A model generated the notes under the pieces. The model worked only from the letters and a program-made list of their open reading frames with translations. It was not told where the DNA came from and did no database searches. Position numbers and translations under genes: made by a program. A stretch of 64,000 nucleotides of DNA from Malacoraja senta (Eukaryota), in contig CM075979.1 of assembly GCA_038087875.1 (NCBI GenBank), positions 73,718,001-73,782,000 on the forward strand. Direction: 5' to 3'. The stretch's first letter is position 1; each line of letters opens with the position of its first letter. Below are positions 52,336 through 63,835 of this stretch, piece by piece.

Positions 52336-52747
52336 AAGATTGACATGACCAAGACCCAGACACGAGGAGACAATAACAGAACCACTCAGCAGGTCGGGGC
52401 AGTGTCTAAGGAGAGAGAAACAGAGATTTTATTTCAGGTGTGGACTTTTCAAGTTCTAACGAAAGTGTTTGATCTGAAACGTTGACTATGTTTCTCTTCC
52501 CACAGAGGTGGCCGGCCCGCTGAGGATTGCCAGCATTTTCTGTTGCATAAGAGACACCACAGGAAATAAACTAGACACAACCATCCAGAAAGCAAATGTG
52601 ATCAGACACGTACAACACTGTGAGACGGAGGTAGACAAACACTAGGCTGATGAGGCAGGGCCGGACATTGGGAGTCTGGATTAGATGAAAGGTGGGAGAT
52701 TTCTTTGACCCATGCAAGGATGTGACACCGTCCTGTCCGACACTGAC

Positions 52748-52916
52748 CTGCTGCCGGGCTCTTGGCTGGTTTGGTGCAAAGCGCTGCTCAGATTGTGCTC
52801 AGCTAGTGTCTCCTCCGGCACCTCCTGCAGATCTTCCTCCCGCTCCAGGGACACCCGGATGTTCTCCAGCTCGATCCTCTCTGGAGTGCCGCGCAGTCGC
52901 TTGGCCTGCCAGGGCT
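52748..52916 (-). CDS. MICAL3: MICAL3-like exon: EPWQAKRLRGTPERIELENIRVSLEREEDLQEVPEETLAEHNLSSALHQTSQEPGS
   Basis: Strong match to MICAL3 AKRLRGTPERIELENYR..LQEVPEETQAEHNLSS; 169 nt, phase 1 to 2. Confidence 0.95.
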
Positions 52917-54949
52917 CTGTCACGGGAGAGAAAAGAAGATTGCCAGTGAGGGTGGGTGAAGTGTTGGTGATGCGGGGAGTGCAGTCGAATGACGCAAGAG
53001 GCAATGGGACAACAGAGGAACTAACTGAGGCGGCTCAAGACTGATCTGGGGCAGGGAAGGGAACACGGGATGCCATAATACTATGGCAGCCCAGACCAAG
53101 GGAACACACAACACTGACCAGGGAATCAACACTACGTACTCTGGTTTTGCACTATCACGCTCTGGTTTGCCTGATAATTTACTGTTTATTTATCGTGTAC
53201 CTGTAAAGCTGCAGCACGTAAGGAATTTCATTGTTCTGGGCCTCGTGCATATGACAATTAAACACTCTGGACTAACATCACACGAGTAGACACTCATTTA
53301 CCCACCTTGGCCACTGAAAACACTGGTGCCGTGGGGATTTTGATTCCACACTCCTGCTGGCCACTTCTGCCCCATGCACGGCCTAGCATCTGTCTCAGTC
53401 CCATCGCCCACTCCTTGCCCCTCACTCACCCGGCCCCATGTTGTCCCGCTGGTCACCGTAGGGGTAAATGCAACGCAGTGTGTTTGGATCCTGGGGCTAT
53501 GATGTTGACGACCTACCATCATTGCCATTGTAAATGGTGGGCGTGTCCAGGACTGCTGTCTCGGTTTCCTCACAGTACCTGAAGCAGCTACTAACAGTTA
53601 AAGTAAACAGAATGGAGACACTCTGCAAACTGTGCTTAACATACTTGAGTCAGGGCTGCCTGCCTGTTTCACCACTTTCATGGGACCATGTACTCATTGG
53701 TCTCTACGTTTTACAACACTCCCCAGGGCACCACCATTTACTGTGCAAGTCCTGCCCTGCTTTGTCGTTCCAAAATGCAACACCTCATATTTATCTGAAT
53801 TAAACTCCATCGGTCATTCCTCAGCCCATTAGCCCAGTTGATGAAGATCCCACAATTCAGACTGACATTTCGGTGTAGGACAGGGGTCGTGCTATTTGGT
53901 CGGAGATGAGAACATCCGCAGACAGTTTTCAGGGCACAATTTTAAAGAGCAAATAAATCTGCCCAGTATCCTTGATAAAGCTTCCCTCAATCCAGGTTTC
54001 TGAACTAGATATCAAGCGATTAGCAAAAGGTTATTAGTGGAAGCGTGAAAATAAAAATAACTGCAGCTGATGGAATGATAACTCTTCCTTTTCTCTCCAC
54101 AGAGGCTGCTTGGTCTACTGCGTGTTCCCACTGGTGGTTTTATTTTTAGAGATTTAGAGTGAACAGGCAAGGCTTGCAAGCATTACATTACTTTGGAAAT
54201 GGGCAGTGAGCAAGATCGCTTCTGTGCTCTCATATGGGTTTGTGCAGTCGGAGTGCGTCTATCTGCGCTTAGAGTGTGCCTCTGTGTCCAAGTGTTCTGA
54301 CCGCACAGCACAGCCTGCCGTCCACGTCCTCCAGAGATGCTGCCTGACCCGCTGAGTTATTCCAGCACTTCTGTCCTATAGCTAAAATTCCTGTCGTCTT
54401 GCCACAGGACCCAGACCTCTCTCTGTCAACACAACATGGTGATTAATTGTGCAACGAGCTACCGACATAAAAAATTAATTCATGCATTGGCATCCTCCAC
54501 TCCTCAGAAATGGAGTGAAATCAAGTAGTCTGCGACCCTGAGAGAAATGGACTCGATTTTACTGGGTGTAAATAGCACTGGGATGTTCTGAGCTGCCTGC
54601 CACGTGATATCAATGAAAGTCTCTATTTTATCTCTTCTCTGTTTCACTCTGATATTATCCGGAGGTTTCCCACACCGGATGCATGCTTGCATCGCTCGCC
54701 TTTCTCAGTATTTCCCCACTCACGAGTCAAGCAAGGCTGAATTATGATTGTTTCATTGAGCGTCGAGACCACCTTGAGTTCATGCACTGTAGAAGCTCAC
54801 AACTTAAATGAATGTAATGTCATTGTACAGAGAACTCCTGCTAAAAAAGCCAGTAAAAATGATAGAGGAAGAAAATGCCGGAGCCAAAGAAATCCACTGC
54901 TCGAGGACAAAACCCTTGCCAAAGGATAAGTAATCTACCAATGAACATT

Positions 54950-55850
54950 CACTTTTCCATTGCTCACTCCCATCTTGGCCGTGCTCCGAAATCTTTCTGG
55001 CTCGCTCCTTCTCTGCTCGGCCTCCTCCCTCTCCCACTCCCGCTCATTGCTCAGTACCTCCTCTCCATTTCCTGCTTGCTCACTTGTTTTATATTTCTGA
55101 TCCCAGCTCCGTCTGTCCTCGCCTCCTGCCCCCCGTCCCCTGCTCGCTCCCTATCCCTGTTCCCTCCCCGTTCTCCACTCCCTCCCGGTCCACTGCACCC
55201 TCCGTCCCGTTCCCTCCCCCTGCTCCCTCTGTCTCATTCTCCCTCCCAGTCCCCAGCTCGCTCTGTCCCGTTCCCTCCCCCTACCTGCAGCCCCCATCTC
55301 GTGCTCCCTCCTTCCCGTTCGCTCCGTCTGCAGCTCCACGTTCCCTGGACTCTGTTCCTACGCTGCTCCCTCCCCCGGTTCGTTCCCTGTCCTTGCTCCC
55401 GATCTTCTGCTCCCTCTCCGTCCTTCACTCCCCCCCCATCCCCTGCTCCCTCCGTCCCATGCCGTTTCCTGCTCTCAATTATTTCGCCTCCTCCGTTCCG
55501 GTTGCGTTTCCTGCTCCCTCTCTATGCTTCTTCCTCATTCTACCCTTCCCATTTTTACTGTTTGTTCACTGTTCAGTCCGCTCTTGCTGTCCCATCCTGC
55601 TTTCCTTGTTCCCTCTCCCACACCCTTCTCTCCACTCTCTAGTTTCATTCTTTTCCCCCTTCTCTCTCTCTCCCCTGCTCACCCGCCCCCCCCTCTGATC
55701 ATTATCCCTCTCTCCCGCTCCTCACTTTCTTTCTCTCTCCCCTCCTCCTCTATGTTCCCTGCTTATTCTCCTTTTCCGTGTTCGCTGTTTGATCTCTTCT
55801 CCGTTTTCTCTCACCCCACTGCTTCCTGCTCACTCTCCCACTCCCTGAAG
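54950..55850. repeat. Pyrimidine-rich low-complexity tract (a similar tract lies at 56580-57180)
   Basis: Extreme C/T skew. Confidence 0.75.
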
Positions 55851-55879
55851 CAGCGGCAGTAGTCCATCAGCACTTCAAA

Positions 55880-56545
55880 CCTGCTCTTCAAGGTATTGGT
55901 GAGACCACATTTGGGGTATTGTGTGCAGTTCTGGTCGGCCTTATCTAAGAAGGATATTGTTAAGCTAGAAAGGACGCAAAACAGATTTTGCAGGATGTTA
56001 ACAGGACTGGAGGCCTGAGATAAGGTGGGACTGGGCAGGCTTGACTTTTTTCCAAGGAGCGTAGGAGGCTGTGGAGTGACCTTGTAGAGATTTATAAAAC
56101 CATGAAGGGCATAGATAGGGTGAATTGTCATAGTCTTTTTCCCCGGGTAGAGAAAGTCTAGAACTAAAGGTAACAAAAAAGAACTGCAGATGCTGGTTTA
56201 CACCAAAGATAGACAAGAAAATGCTGGAGTAACCCAGTGGGTCAGGCAGCATCTCTGGGGAAAATGAACCAGAACTAAACGTCACTGGATTAAGGTGAAG
56301 GGGGAAAAAGAGATCTGAAGCTCAATTTCTTTGAGTAGAAGGTGGTGTATACATAGAACGAGCTGTCAGAGGAAGCTGTAGAGGCAGCTATAATGGTGAC
56401 ATTTAAAAGACATTTGGACAACTACATGCCTGGAACGTTGGGTGGGATATGGGCCAAAGGCCGTGAAATGGGACCCGCACAATTATAAACCTGGTCGGCA
56501 TGGACAAGTTGGGCCAGAGCCTGTTTCTGTACTGTACGACTCAGA
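55880..56545 (+). mobile_element. CR1-like 3' fragment containing an inserted Penelope-derived repeat (about 56170-56270)
   Basis: LVRPHLGYCVQFWS-type motif; agaactaaa duplicated around the insert. Confidence 0.75.
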
Positions 56546-57204
56546 CTCAACAATATTCACGGCTGATCATCCACTTGTAGCCCTGTTCTTGCCTTCATCC
56601 CGTCTCCCCATATCCAGTGATCTTACTGGCATTATAAAATATACCACTAGAATATATTTCATAACTTGGCCTTCACTGTCCACTCTCCAGTCCGTTTCCT
56701 GTTTGCTTCCCCGCTCCCAATTCCCAGCTCATTCACTCTCATGCTCCCAGTTCCCCGTTCGCTCTCTCGCTCCGTTCCTTCCCATTGTTCCCTGTTCCCT
56801 CCCCCTACTTTCTCGACTCTCTGTTCCCAGCCTCCTCCCGTTTCATTTGCTTCCCCTTTCATATTTCTCGATTGCTCACTCCCTCCTCAAGCCCCGATCC
56901 CTCTGAACCCAATTTCCCACTCTCACTACGCCTGCTCCCCATTCACTCTTCCTCTCTCCTCTCCAAGTTTGTTCTCCTTAACCCCATTCTACGCCTGTTC
57001 TCCCTCTACCTGATCCAGCTCATTCTCTCTCTATCCCCTGCTACCTGTTCTCTCCTCACTCTACAGCTCTTTGATCCCATTTTTTGTGCATTCCCATTGT
57101 GCATTTTTTGTGCATTCCCAGTCATGCTGCTCTCACTGTTTGATGCACTTTGCTCCTCTTCTTACTGGAGCTCCATCAATCCGCTTTACTGGATCCCCTA
57201 CATA

Positions 57205-58800
57205 CAGTGGCTTGCAAAAGTTTTCATACCCCTTGAACTTTTCCACATTTTGTCACGTTACAACCACAAACGTAAATGTATTTTATTGGGATTTTGTGTG
57301 ATAGACCAACACAAAGTGGTGCATAATTGTGAAGTGGAAGGAAAATGATACATGGTTTTCAATTTTTTTTACAAATAAAAAACTGAAGTGTCGCGTGCAA
57401 AAGTATTCAGCCCCCGTCAATACTTTGTAGAACCACCTTTCGCTGCAATTACAGCTGCAAGTCTTTTGGGGTATGTCTCTACCAGCTTTGCACATCTAGA
57501 GACTGACATTTTTGCCCATTCTTCTTTGCAAAATAGCTCAAGCTCAGTCAGATTGGATGGAGAGCGTCTGTGAACAGCAATTTTCAAGTCTTGCCAGAGA
57601 TTCTCAATTGGATTTAGGTCTGGACTTTGACTGGGCCATTCTAACACATGAATATGCTTTGATCTAAACCAATCCATTGTAGCTCTGGCTGTATGTTTAG
57701 GGTCGTTGTCCTGCTGGAAGGTGAACCTCCGCCCCAGTCTCAAGTCTTTTGCAGACTCTAACAGGTTTTCTTCCAAGATTGCCCTGTATTTGGCTCCATC
57801 CATCTTCCCATCAACCTTGATCAGCTTCCATGTCCCTGCTGAAGAAAAGCATCCCCACAGCATGATGCTGCCACCACCATGTTTCACAGTGGGGATGGTT
57901 TGTTCAGGGTGATGTGCAGTGTTAGGTTTCCGCCACACATAGCGTTTTGCATTTAGGCCAAAAACTTCAATTTTGGTCTCATCTGACCAGAGCACCTTCC
58001 TCCACATGTTTGCTGTGTCCCCCACAAGGCTTGTGGCAAACTGCAAACGGGACTTCTTATGGCTTTTTTTCAACAATGGCTTTCTTCTTGCCACTCTTCC
58101 ATAAAGGCCCGATTTGTGGAGTGCACGACTAATAGTTGTCCTGTGGACAGATTCTCCCACCTGAGCTGTGGATCTCTGCAGCTCCTCCAGAGTTACCATG
58201 GCTGCTTCTCTGATCAATGCTCTCCTTGCCCGGCCTGTCAGTGGACGGCCATGTCTTGGTAGGTTTGCAGTTGTGCCATACTCTTTCCATTTTCGGATGA
58301 TGGATTGAACAGTGCTCCGTGAGATGTTCAAAGCTTGGGATATTTTTTTATAACCTAACCCTGCTTTAAACTTCTCCACAACTTTATCCCTGACCTGTCT
58401 GGTGTGTTCCTTGGGCTTCATGATGCTGTTTGTTCACTAATGTTCTCTAACAAACCTCTGAGGCCTTCACAGAACAGCTGTATTTATACTGAGATTAGAT
58501 TACACACAAGTGGACTCTATTTACAAATTAGGTGACTTCTGAAGGCAATTGGTTGCACTGGATTTTATTTAGGGGTATCAGAGTAAAGGGGGCTGAATAC
58601 TTTTGCACGCGACACTTTTCAGTTTTTTATTTGTAGAAAAATTTGAAAACCATGTATCATTTTCCTTCCACTTCACAATTATGCGCCACCTTGTGTTGGT
58701 CTATCACATAAAATCCCAATAGAATACATTTACGTTTGTGGTTGTAACGTGACAAAATGTGGAAAAGTTCAAGGGGTATGAATACTTTTGCAAGCCACTG
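57205..58800 (-). mobile_element. Full-length Tc1 (IR/DR; Passport/Eagle/Glan-like) DNA transposon
   Basis: About 210-bp TIRs cagtggcttgcaaaagt.., inner direct repeats, TA TSD, 1596 bp. Confidence 0.97.
57417..58421 (-). CDS. Tc1 transposase, DD34E, 334-aa open ORF
   Basis: Paired-like HTH N-terminus, WSDETK, QQDND + 34 aa + E (SPDLNPIENLW). Confidence 0.95.
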   Translation of the reverse strand: MKPKEHTRQVRDKVVEKFKAGLGYKKISQALNISRSTVQSIIRKWKEYGTTANLPRHGRPLTGRARRALIREAAMVTLEELQRSTAQVGESVHRTTISRALHKSGLYGRVARRKPLLKKSHKKSRLQFATSLVGDTANMWRKVLWSDETKIEVFGLNAKRYVWRKPNTAHHPEQTIPTVKHGGGSIMLWGCFSSAGTWKLIKVDGKMDGAKYRAILEENLLESAKDLRLGRRFTFQQDNDPKHTARATMDWFRSKHIHVLEWPSQSPDLNPIENLWQDLKIAVHRRSPSNLTELELFCKEEWAKMSVSRCAKLVETYPKRLAAVIAAKGGSTKY

Positions 58801-59426
58801 TACCTGGATCCTGACCATTAAACATTCCTGGATCCTGACCAATAAATATTCCCTTTGTTCCACTTCTCAGTGGATTCTTATTCTTCTTCTTGCAGCTGAA
58901 GAGACACCAACACATGTTTTATGGACGAATATCAACCCCTCTGTGACTGCATCCATTCCTTTCACCTTATGGTTAGATCCTCATTCTCACAGGGAACACA
59001 TCGTCCTCCTGGTTTCCGCAGCCTCTGTGATAACAATGACCATCATTCCACTCTCCCGGTCCTCACCTGTTGTCATTGTTCCCTTGTCGCTGTGTCCCGT
59101 CATTCTCCCACGATCAAGTCCCAACATTCACCCTGGTCCTCAAATCCCCAAATATGTATTACCGGATCCCCATCACCTTCCTTGTTACTGGACACCTGTC
59201 TTTGTCTCCTTACTTATGAAAGGAAGTGTTTGCCTTGGAGACAACGCACGGCGCGCTTTGTTGATCCCAAGTATGTTACAAATAAAGATTAAGTAGGTTA
59301 TTCCCTCATGCTTTGGAGTTTAGAAGAACAAGAGGTGATCTTACTGAAGCAGAGGATCCCAGAAAAAGAAAATACTGGCACAATACTCAGCATCTCAGGC
59401 AACATCTGTGGAGCAAGAGGCCGTTA

Positions 59427-59668
59427 AGGGCCTGTCCCACTTACGCGACCTTTACAGGCGACTGCCGGCGTCCATCATAGGTCGCCGAAATTTTCAACAT
59501 GTTGAAAATTCAGTGGTGACCAGAAAGACGCTACGATTCTTTGGAGACCTTTGGAGGTCGTGAGAGGTCTCCTATGGTCGCGAGAAGTCTCCAAAGAGTC
59601 ATAGCTGGTTGCCGCTGAATTTTCAACATGTTGAAAATCTCGGCAACCTATGAAGTGGGACAGGCCCT
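59427..59668. mobile_element. PIF/Harbinger-type MITE nested in a Penelope-derived repeat
   Basis: TIR agggcctgtcccactt / aagtgggacaggccct, TTA TSD, internal palindromes ttttcaacatgttgaaaa. Confidence 0.85.
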
Positions 59669-59729
59669 TTAATGTTTCAGGTTAGCAACCTTTCATCAGG
59701 ACTAGAAGTTAGCAATGCAGGTCTTAAGC

Positions 59730-60745
59730 TGTATTCCAGTCTCCTGATCTCTCTGTCTCTGCCTCAGCTACTCTGACATCTCTTTCCACACCACTGCTTC
59801 TGAGGTGTCTTTCCACTCATCAATGGCTTCCTCTGCACCATGGCTGACCAACTCCCTGTAGCTTTTCCTGCACTGCTGCTCGCAAATCCCTCTCGTTACG
59901 CAGAACACGTGGAACATTCTATTTATCCTCTCCTTCCATGGCACCAGATATCATGTGACAACCAGGCACATCTTCCTTTTCCCTGTCCCATTTCTGTAGG
60001 CACTGTTTCCTTCACAATTTCCTTCTCCACAAAACCGCCCCCCACCCCCCCCTTCCCGCACTTTTCCTTGCAACTGCAGTGAAATAATGCTTGTCCTTTC
60101 ACCTCTTCACTTCCCACCACCCAGGGACCCATGACATCCTTCCAGGTGAAGCAACGATTCACTTCAACCTCATGCAATCTATGTACTATGTTCAGTATTC
60201 ACGGCCAGATTGGGTGCTGGCTCTTTAGTCATGAGGAGGATGTTGTGCTCCCAGTTGCCCGACACGTTAACTCACTAGTCCACTCCCCCACTGAACTCTC
60301 TCCCACGTGGCACATTATAACCTTCAGGGCTTAACATCAACCACTTCAGATGAACTCCCATTCTACCCTGGCTCTTCACATTTCTAGCGGTCTCTCTCTC
60401 CTTTTCAGGTATTTCAGATTCCATCCACTGTCTCCTCCTGCTTACAGCTTCGGTCCTCAGACAGACCTTCCCCCTCCCTCTCTCAGCTGCACCCCCCCCC
60501 ATTTATGTCATTCTGCTTCTCTGCCTCTTCACTGTGTCATGGATATTGGTACCTGTTCTGTCCGAATCCCTCATCCCCCTCCTCCCCAATTCATCTTCTC
60601 TGCAACTTAAAACTTATTTAATTTCTCACTTCTAGTTCTAATCTGAAATGCCATCTTTGTTTCTCCCTCCACAGATGCTGCTTGGTCTGCTGAGTATCTC
60701 TGATTTTTTTCTCCTGTTTTGATTTCATATTTCCAACATCTGTGG
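59730..60745 (+). mobile_element. Decayed Penelope-like element (RT C-terminus / GIY-YIG region remnant, CT-rich 3' region, terminal repeat)
   Basis: QGP.TSFQVKQRFTSTSCNL and LPVARHVNS..HS fragments typical of vertebrate Penelope endonuclease regions; ends in the same repeat as the short dispersed copies. Confidence 0.7.
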
Positions 60746-60869
60746 TGTGCTTGGCTGTGGCTTCAGGAGCGGGGTTGACAGGGGAGGTATTGATGCTTCC
60801 TCTGGCAGGGAAAGCCAGAGCCAGGGTGTACGATCCCATGGTAAAGGGACCTCCACTTAAGCAAAAAGC

Positions 60870-61112
60870 AAACTGATGGAGGAACTCAGCAGGTCAGGCA
60901 GCATCTGTGGTGGGGAATGGACTGATGATGTTTTGGGTCAGGACCTTCTTCAGACTGAAGGAGGGAGGCTCGTAGAGTGCAATGTGGCGTTTCTCTGAGG
61001 TCCTCATGCCCAGACTGAAGAAGTCTGATTCCATTCCTTACACAGATGCTGCCTGACCCGCTGAGCTCCTCCAGCATTTTGCATTTCGCCCCAGATCCCA
61101 TCTGCAATCTCT
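60870..61112. mobile_element. Inverted pair of Penelope-derived repeats
   Basis: Minus copy then plus copy around a short spacer. Confidence 0.7.
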
Positions 61113-62096
61113 TGCATTACATTAGACTGAGATGAGGACCAATTATAAACCTTTGCAATCCTACCCTACAAAGCATGAAGTGCAGATAACCCTCATTATA
61201 ATGGGGGGGGGGGGGGGGGGGTAGTGTCCGTTATTGCTGTATATATTTGAGGCGCAGATGAGCCCTGGCGCATTAGGGAGTCATCGACAATGGGAAGTGT
61301 GGCTGGGCCAGGATCAGACTGACATGTTCTTACCCAATGGAGGGACAGGTTGAAGGGCTTTATGATACACTCGTCTTCCTGAACGCTGTTTTACTCAATC
61401 CCTTCAGCCCCTGATACATCCGATCCCCACAGTTCTCTTTGCCATCACAGCAATTACTGGTTCCCCAAGTGTTACAGGATGGAGACCGAGGGAGCCCAGC
61501 TGGTCAGGCAGCAACGGCGGAGAGAAATCTCCAGATCTGATCAACGGTGATCAGTGTGAGACATTAAGTTTGATGTCTCCACAGATGCCGCCCGACCTGC
61601 TGAGTATTTGGGGCATACTCTGTTTCACTGGCACCAGGAATCTCTCCGTTACCCCAGGTATTCTATCCATATCAGTCTTTGAGTGACTGAATCCACAATC
61701 TTAATCTTGGTCACTAGTTCCTCATCAGTCTCCGTGTTACATGATTCTTGTCTGTTCCATGTTACATGATCCCTGTCAGTCTCGTGTTACAAGATACACG
61801 TCAGTCCTGTGTTACAGGATCCCTGTCAGTCCCTTATTACATGGTCCACGTTACATGGTCCCCATCAGTTCCTTGTTATCGGACTCCCCTCAGTCTCGTA
61901 TTACGCGGTCAGGTCTGTGTTGCAGGGTTCTCGTCAGTCATGTGTTACATGGTTAGTCCCGTATTACACAGTCAGTCCCCGGGCCACTTAATCCACGTCT
62001 ATCACTGGACCACGGGATCCCCTTGCTGTTTCCACGTCACCATTTGCCCCTGGCTCACTGAATCCCCACTTGCAACCCAACCCTGAGCTGTCACTG

Positions 62097-62332
62097 TGCA
62101 GGAAGGAACTGCAGATGCTGGTTTACACTGAAGATAGATACAAAATGCTGGAGTAACTCAGTGGGCCAGGCAGCATCTCTGGAGAAAAGGGAATAGGTGA
62201 CATTTCGGGTTGAGATCTGTGCGTAGGTGAGGAGGGTCTGAAGAAGAGTCTTAACCCGAAATGTCACCTATTCCTTTTCTCCAGAGATGCTGCCTGACCC
62301 ACTAAGTTACTCCAGCATTTTGTGTCCCTCAG
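62097..62332. mobile_element. Inverted pair of Penelope-derived repeats with hammerhead-like core and imperfect TSD
   Basis: About 75-bp near-perfect arms; gagctgtcactg / gagctatcactg flanks. Confidence 0.8.
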
Positions 62333-63120
62333 GAGCTATCACTGGATCCCCTGACCCCTGGCTGTCACTGGATCACTGGAAACCCAGCTGTCCCCTGGTC
62401 ACTGGATCCTCAGGCATCACCAGAACCCCATTGGCCCTTATATCACTGGATCCCTGGTTGTCATTGCGTCACCATATATCTGCCTACCCCTGGACCTGCT
62501 GTCACTGGATCTGCTGTTGAATCCAGGTTACTGGATCCCTAGTGGTACTGTTACAACACTGTAAGTGACATTACTTATTTAGACTCTGTGTAACCCTTTG
62601 CTATCACCTTAAACATGTCAGCCAGACCCAAACTGTTAACAGGAGATTTATTGGAGTAGCAGTGTCTGTAGTAGTCTTAGAATGGTTGGCAACCACTAAC
62701 TTATCAGCCAGGGGACTAGCATTCCATCTTCTGTGCCTGCACTTTGCATAGACTGGATTTGGTGAAGGTATTTCCATCAGAACGGGCGGGATGGTGGAAG
62801 AGGTGTGGAGACTCAGGACTCAGTGAGCTAGGTCACTTGGGCAGTCGAGGAAGCCCAGGCGGTGGTGAGGCAAGGAGGGATGGGTGGAGATTCTCCAGGC
62901 TGTTGAGTTATGGAAATGGCAGATCACCAGAGTGCTTTCACTTTGAACTGTCGAGGGGTGCGCATGTGTGGAGGAGGACGGGGCGGCGAGAGAACTTCCT
63001 TTCCTAGATCTGCATCAGCTGTGTCGGATATCCATCGGTTCATTCCGTCGTACAGGCGAGCAAACCCACCCCTCAGAGGGAAGGGCAGCCACTCGCCGTC
63101 AAGAAGGGCGCAACAACTAC

Positions 63121-63205
63121 CTGTGGCTCCCCCAATGTACGGCTCCTTGGGGATAGGTTGTCCATCCGGGGTCAGGGTAGGCAGTGGAGGAGCAAACACC
63201 TTCTC
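63121..63205 (-). CDS. MICAL3: Probable MICAL3-like post-LIM exon: EKVFAPPLPTLTPDGQPIPKEPYIGGAT
   Basis: Excellent acceptor (ctctccctcctgcag), CAG|gtagtt donor, 85 nt, phase 0 to 1, compatible with the downstream exon; position fits the poorly conserved linker after the LIM domain, sequence similarity weak. Confidence 0.6.
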
Positions 63206-63289
63206 CTGCAGGAGGGAGAGAACAAACAGAACAGAGGTGGTTACAGTATCGGAGTACACACTCCATGGTCGTCATCACCACGTGTACGC

Positions 63290-63835
63290 GGCACTGGGCA
63301 CACAGTGACCATAAACACTCAGGGAACACAGTGATCGTGCGTGACTCCAGGAACACAGCGACCGAAAACAGTACTGGGTACACAGGGACCGCGCGCGGCA
63401 CTTGGAACACAGAAACTGTACGCAGTACTGGGAACTCAGTGACCATAAGTGGCAACTGGGAACACAGTGACCGAAAACAGCCCTAGGAAACACAGTGACT
63501 GTACATGGCAGAGGAAACACAGTGACTATACGTGACACTGGAAACACAGTAAACGATGCGGCACTGGAAGCACAGTGACCTTATCTGGTACTGGGAACAC
63601 AGTGTGCAAACACCACTGGGAACACAGTGACAACACGGCACTGGAAATAGGGATTAAAACGGCACTGGGAACACAATGATCGTAAACAGCACAGTGACAG
63701 TACGTGTCCCTGGCAGCACAGTGATCGTAAATGGCACTGGGTACACAGTGATCGTGCACAGCACAGGGAACGCAGCAACCGAAAAAAATCACTGTGTACA
63801 CAATGACCTTCTGCGACACTGGGAACACAGGGAAC
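63290..63835. repeat. Degenerate tandem repeat built on actgggaacacagtga
   Basis: Core recurs about every 30 bp with variable spacers. Confidence 0.8.

Noticed and set aside
54875-55698. 255-aa and 204-aa Pro/Ser/Leu-rich ORFs (similar ones at 7338-7899 and 56442-57348)
   Set aside because: Stop-poor pyrimidine-rich low-complexity DNA
50768-63205. A second, convergent MICAL gene
   Set aside because: No exon is duplicated between the two halves and the phases join perfectly; a single gene with a flipped contig is more parsimonious
62924-63259. 111-aa minus-strand ORF as a whole exon
   Set aside because: Only 63121-63205 is bounded by good splice sites; the extension has no recognisable homology
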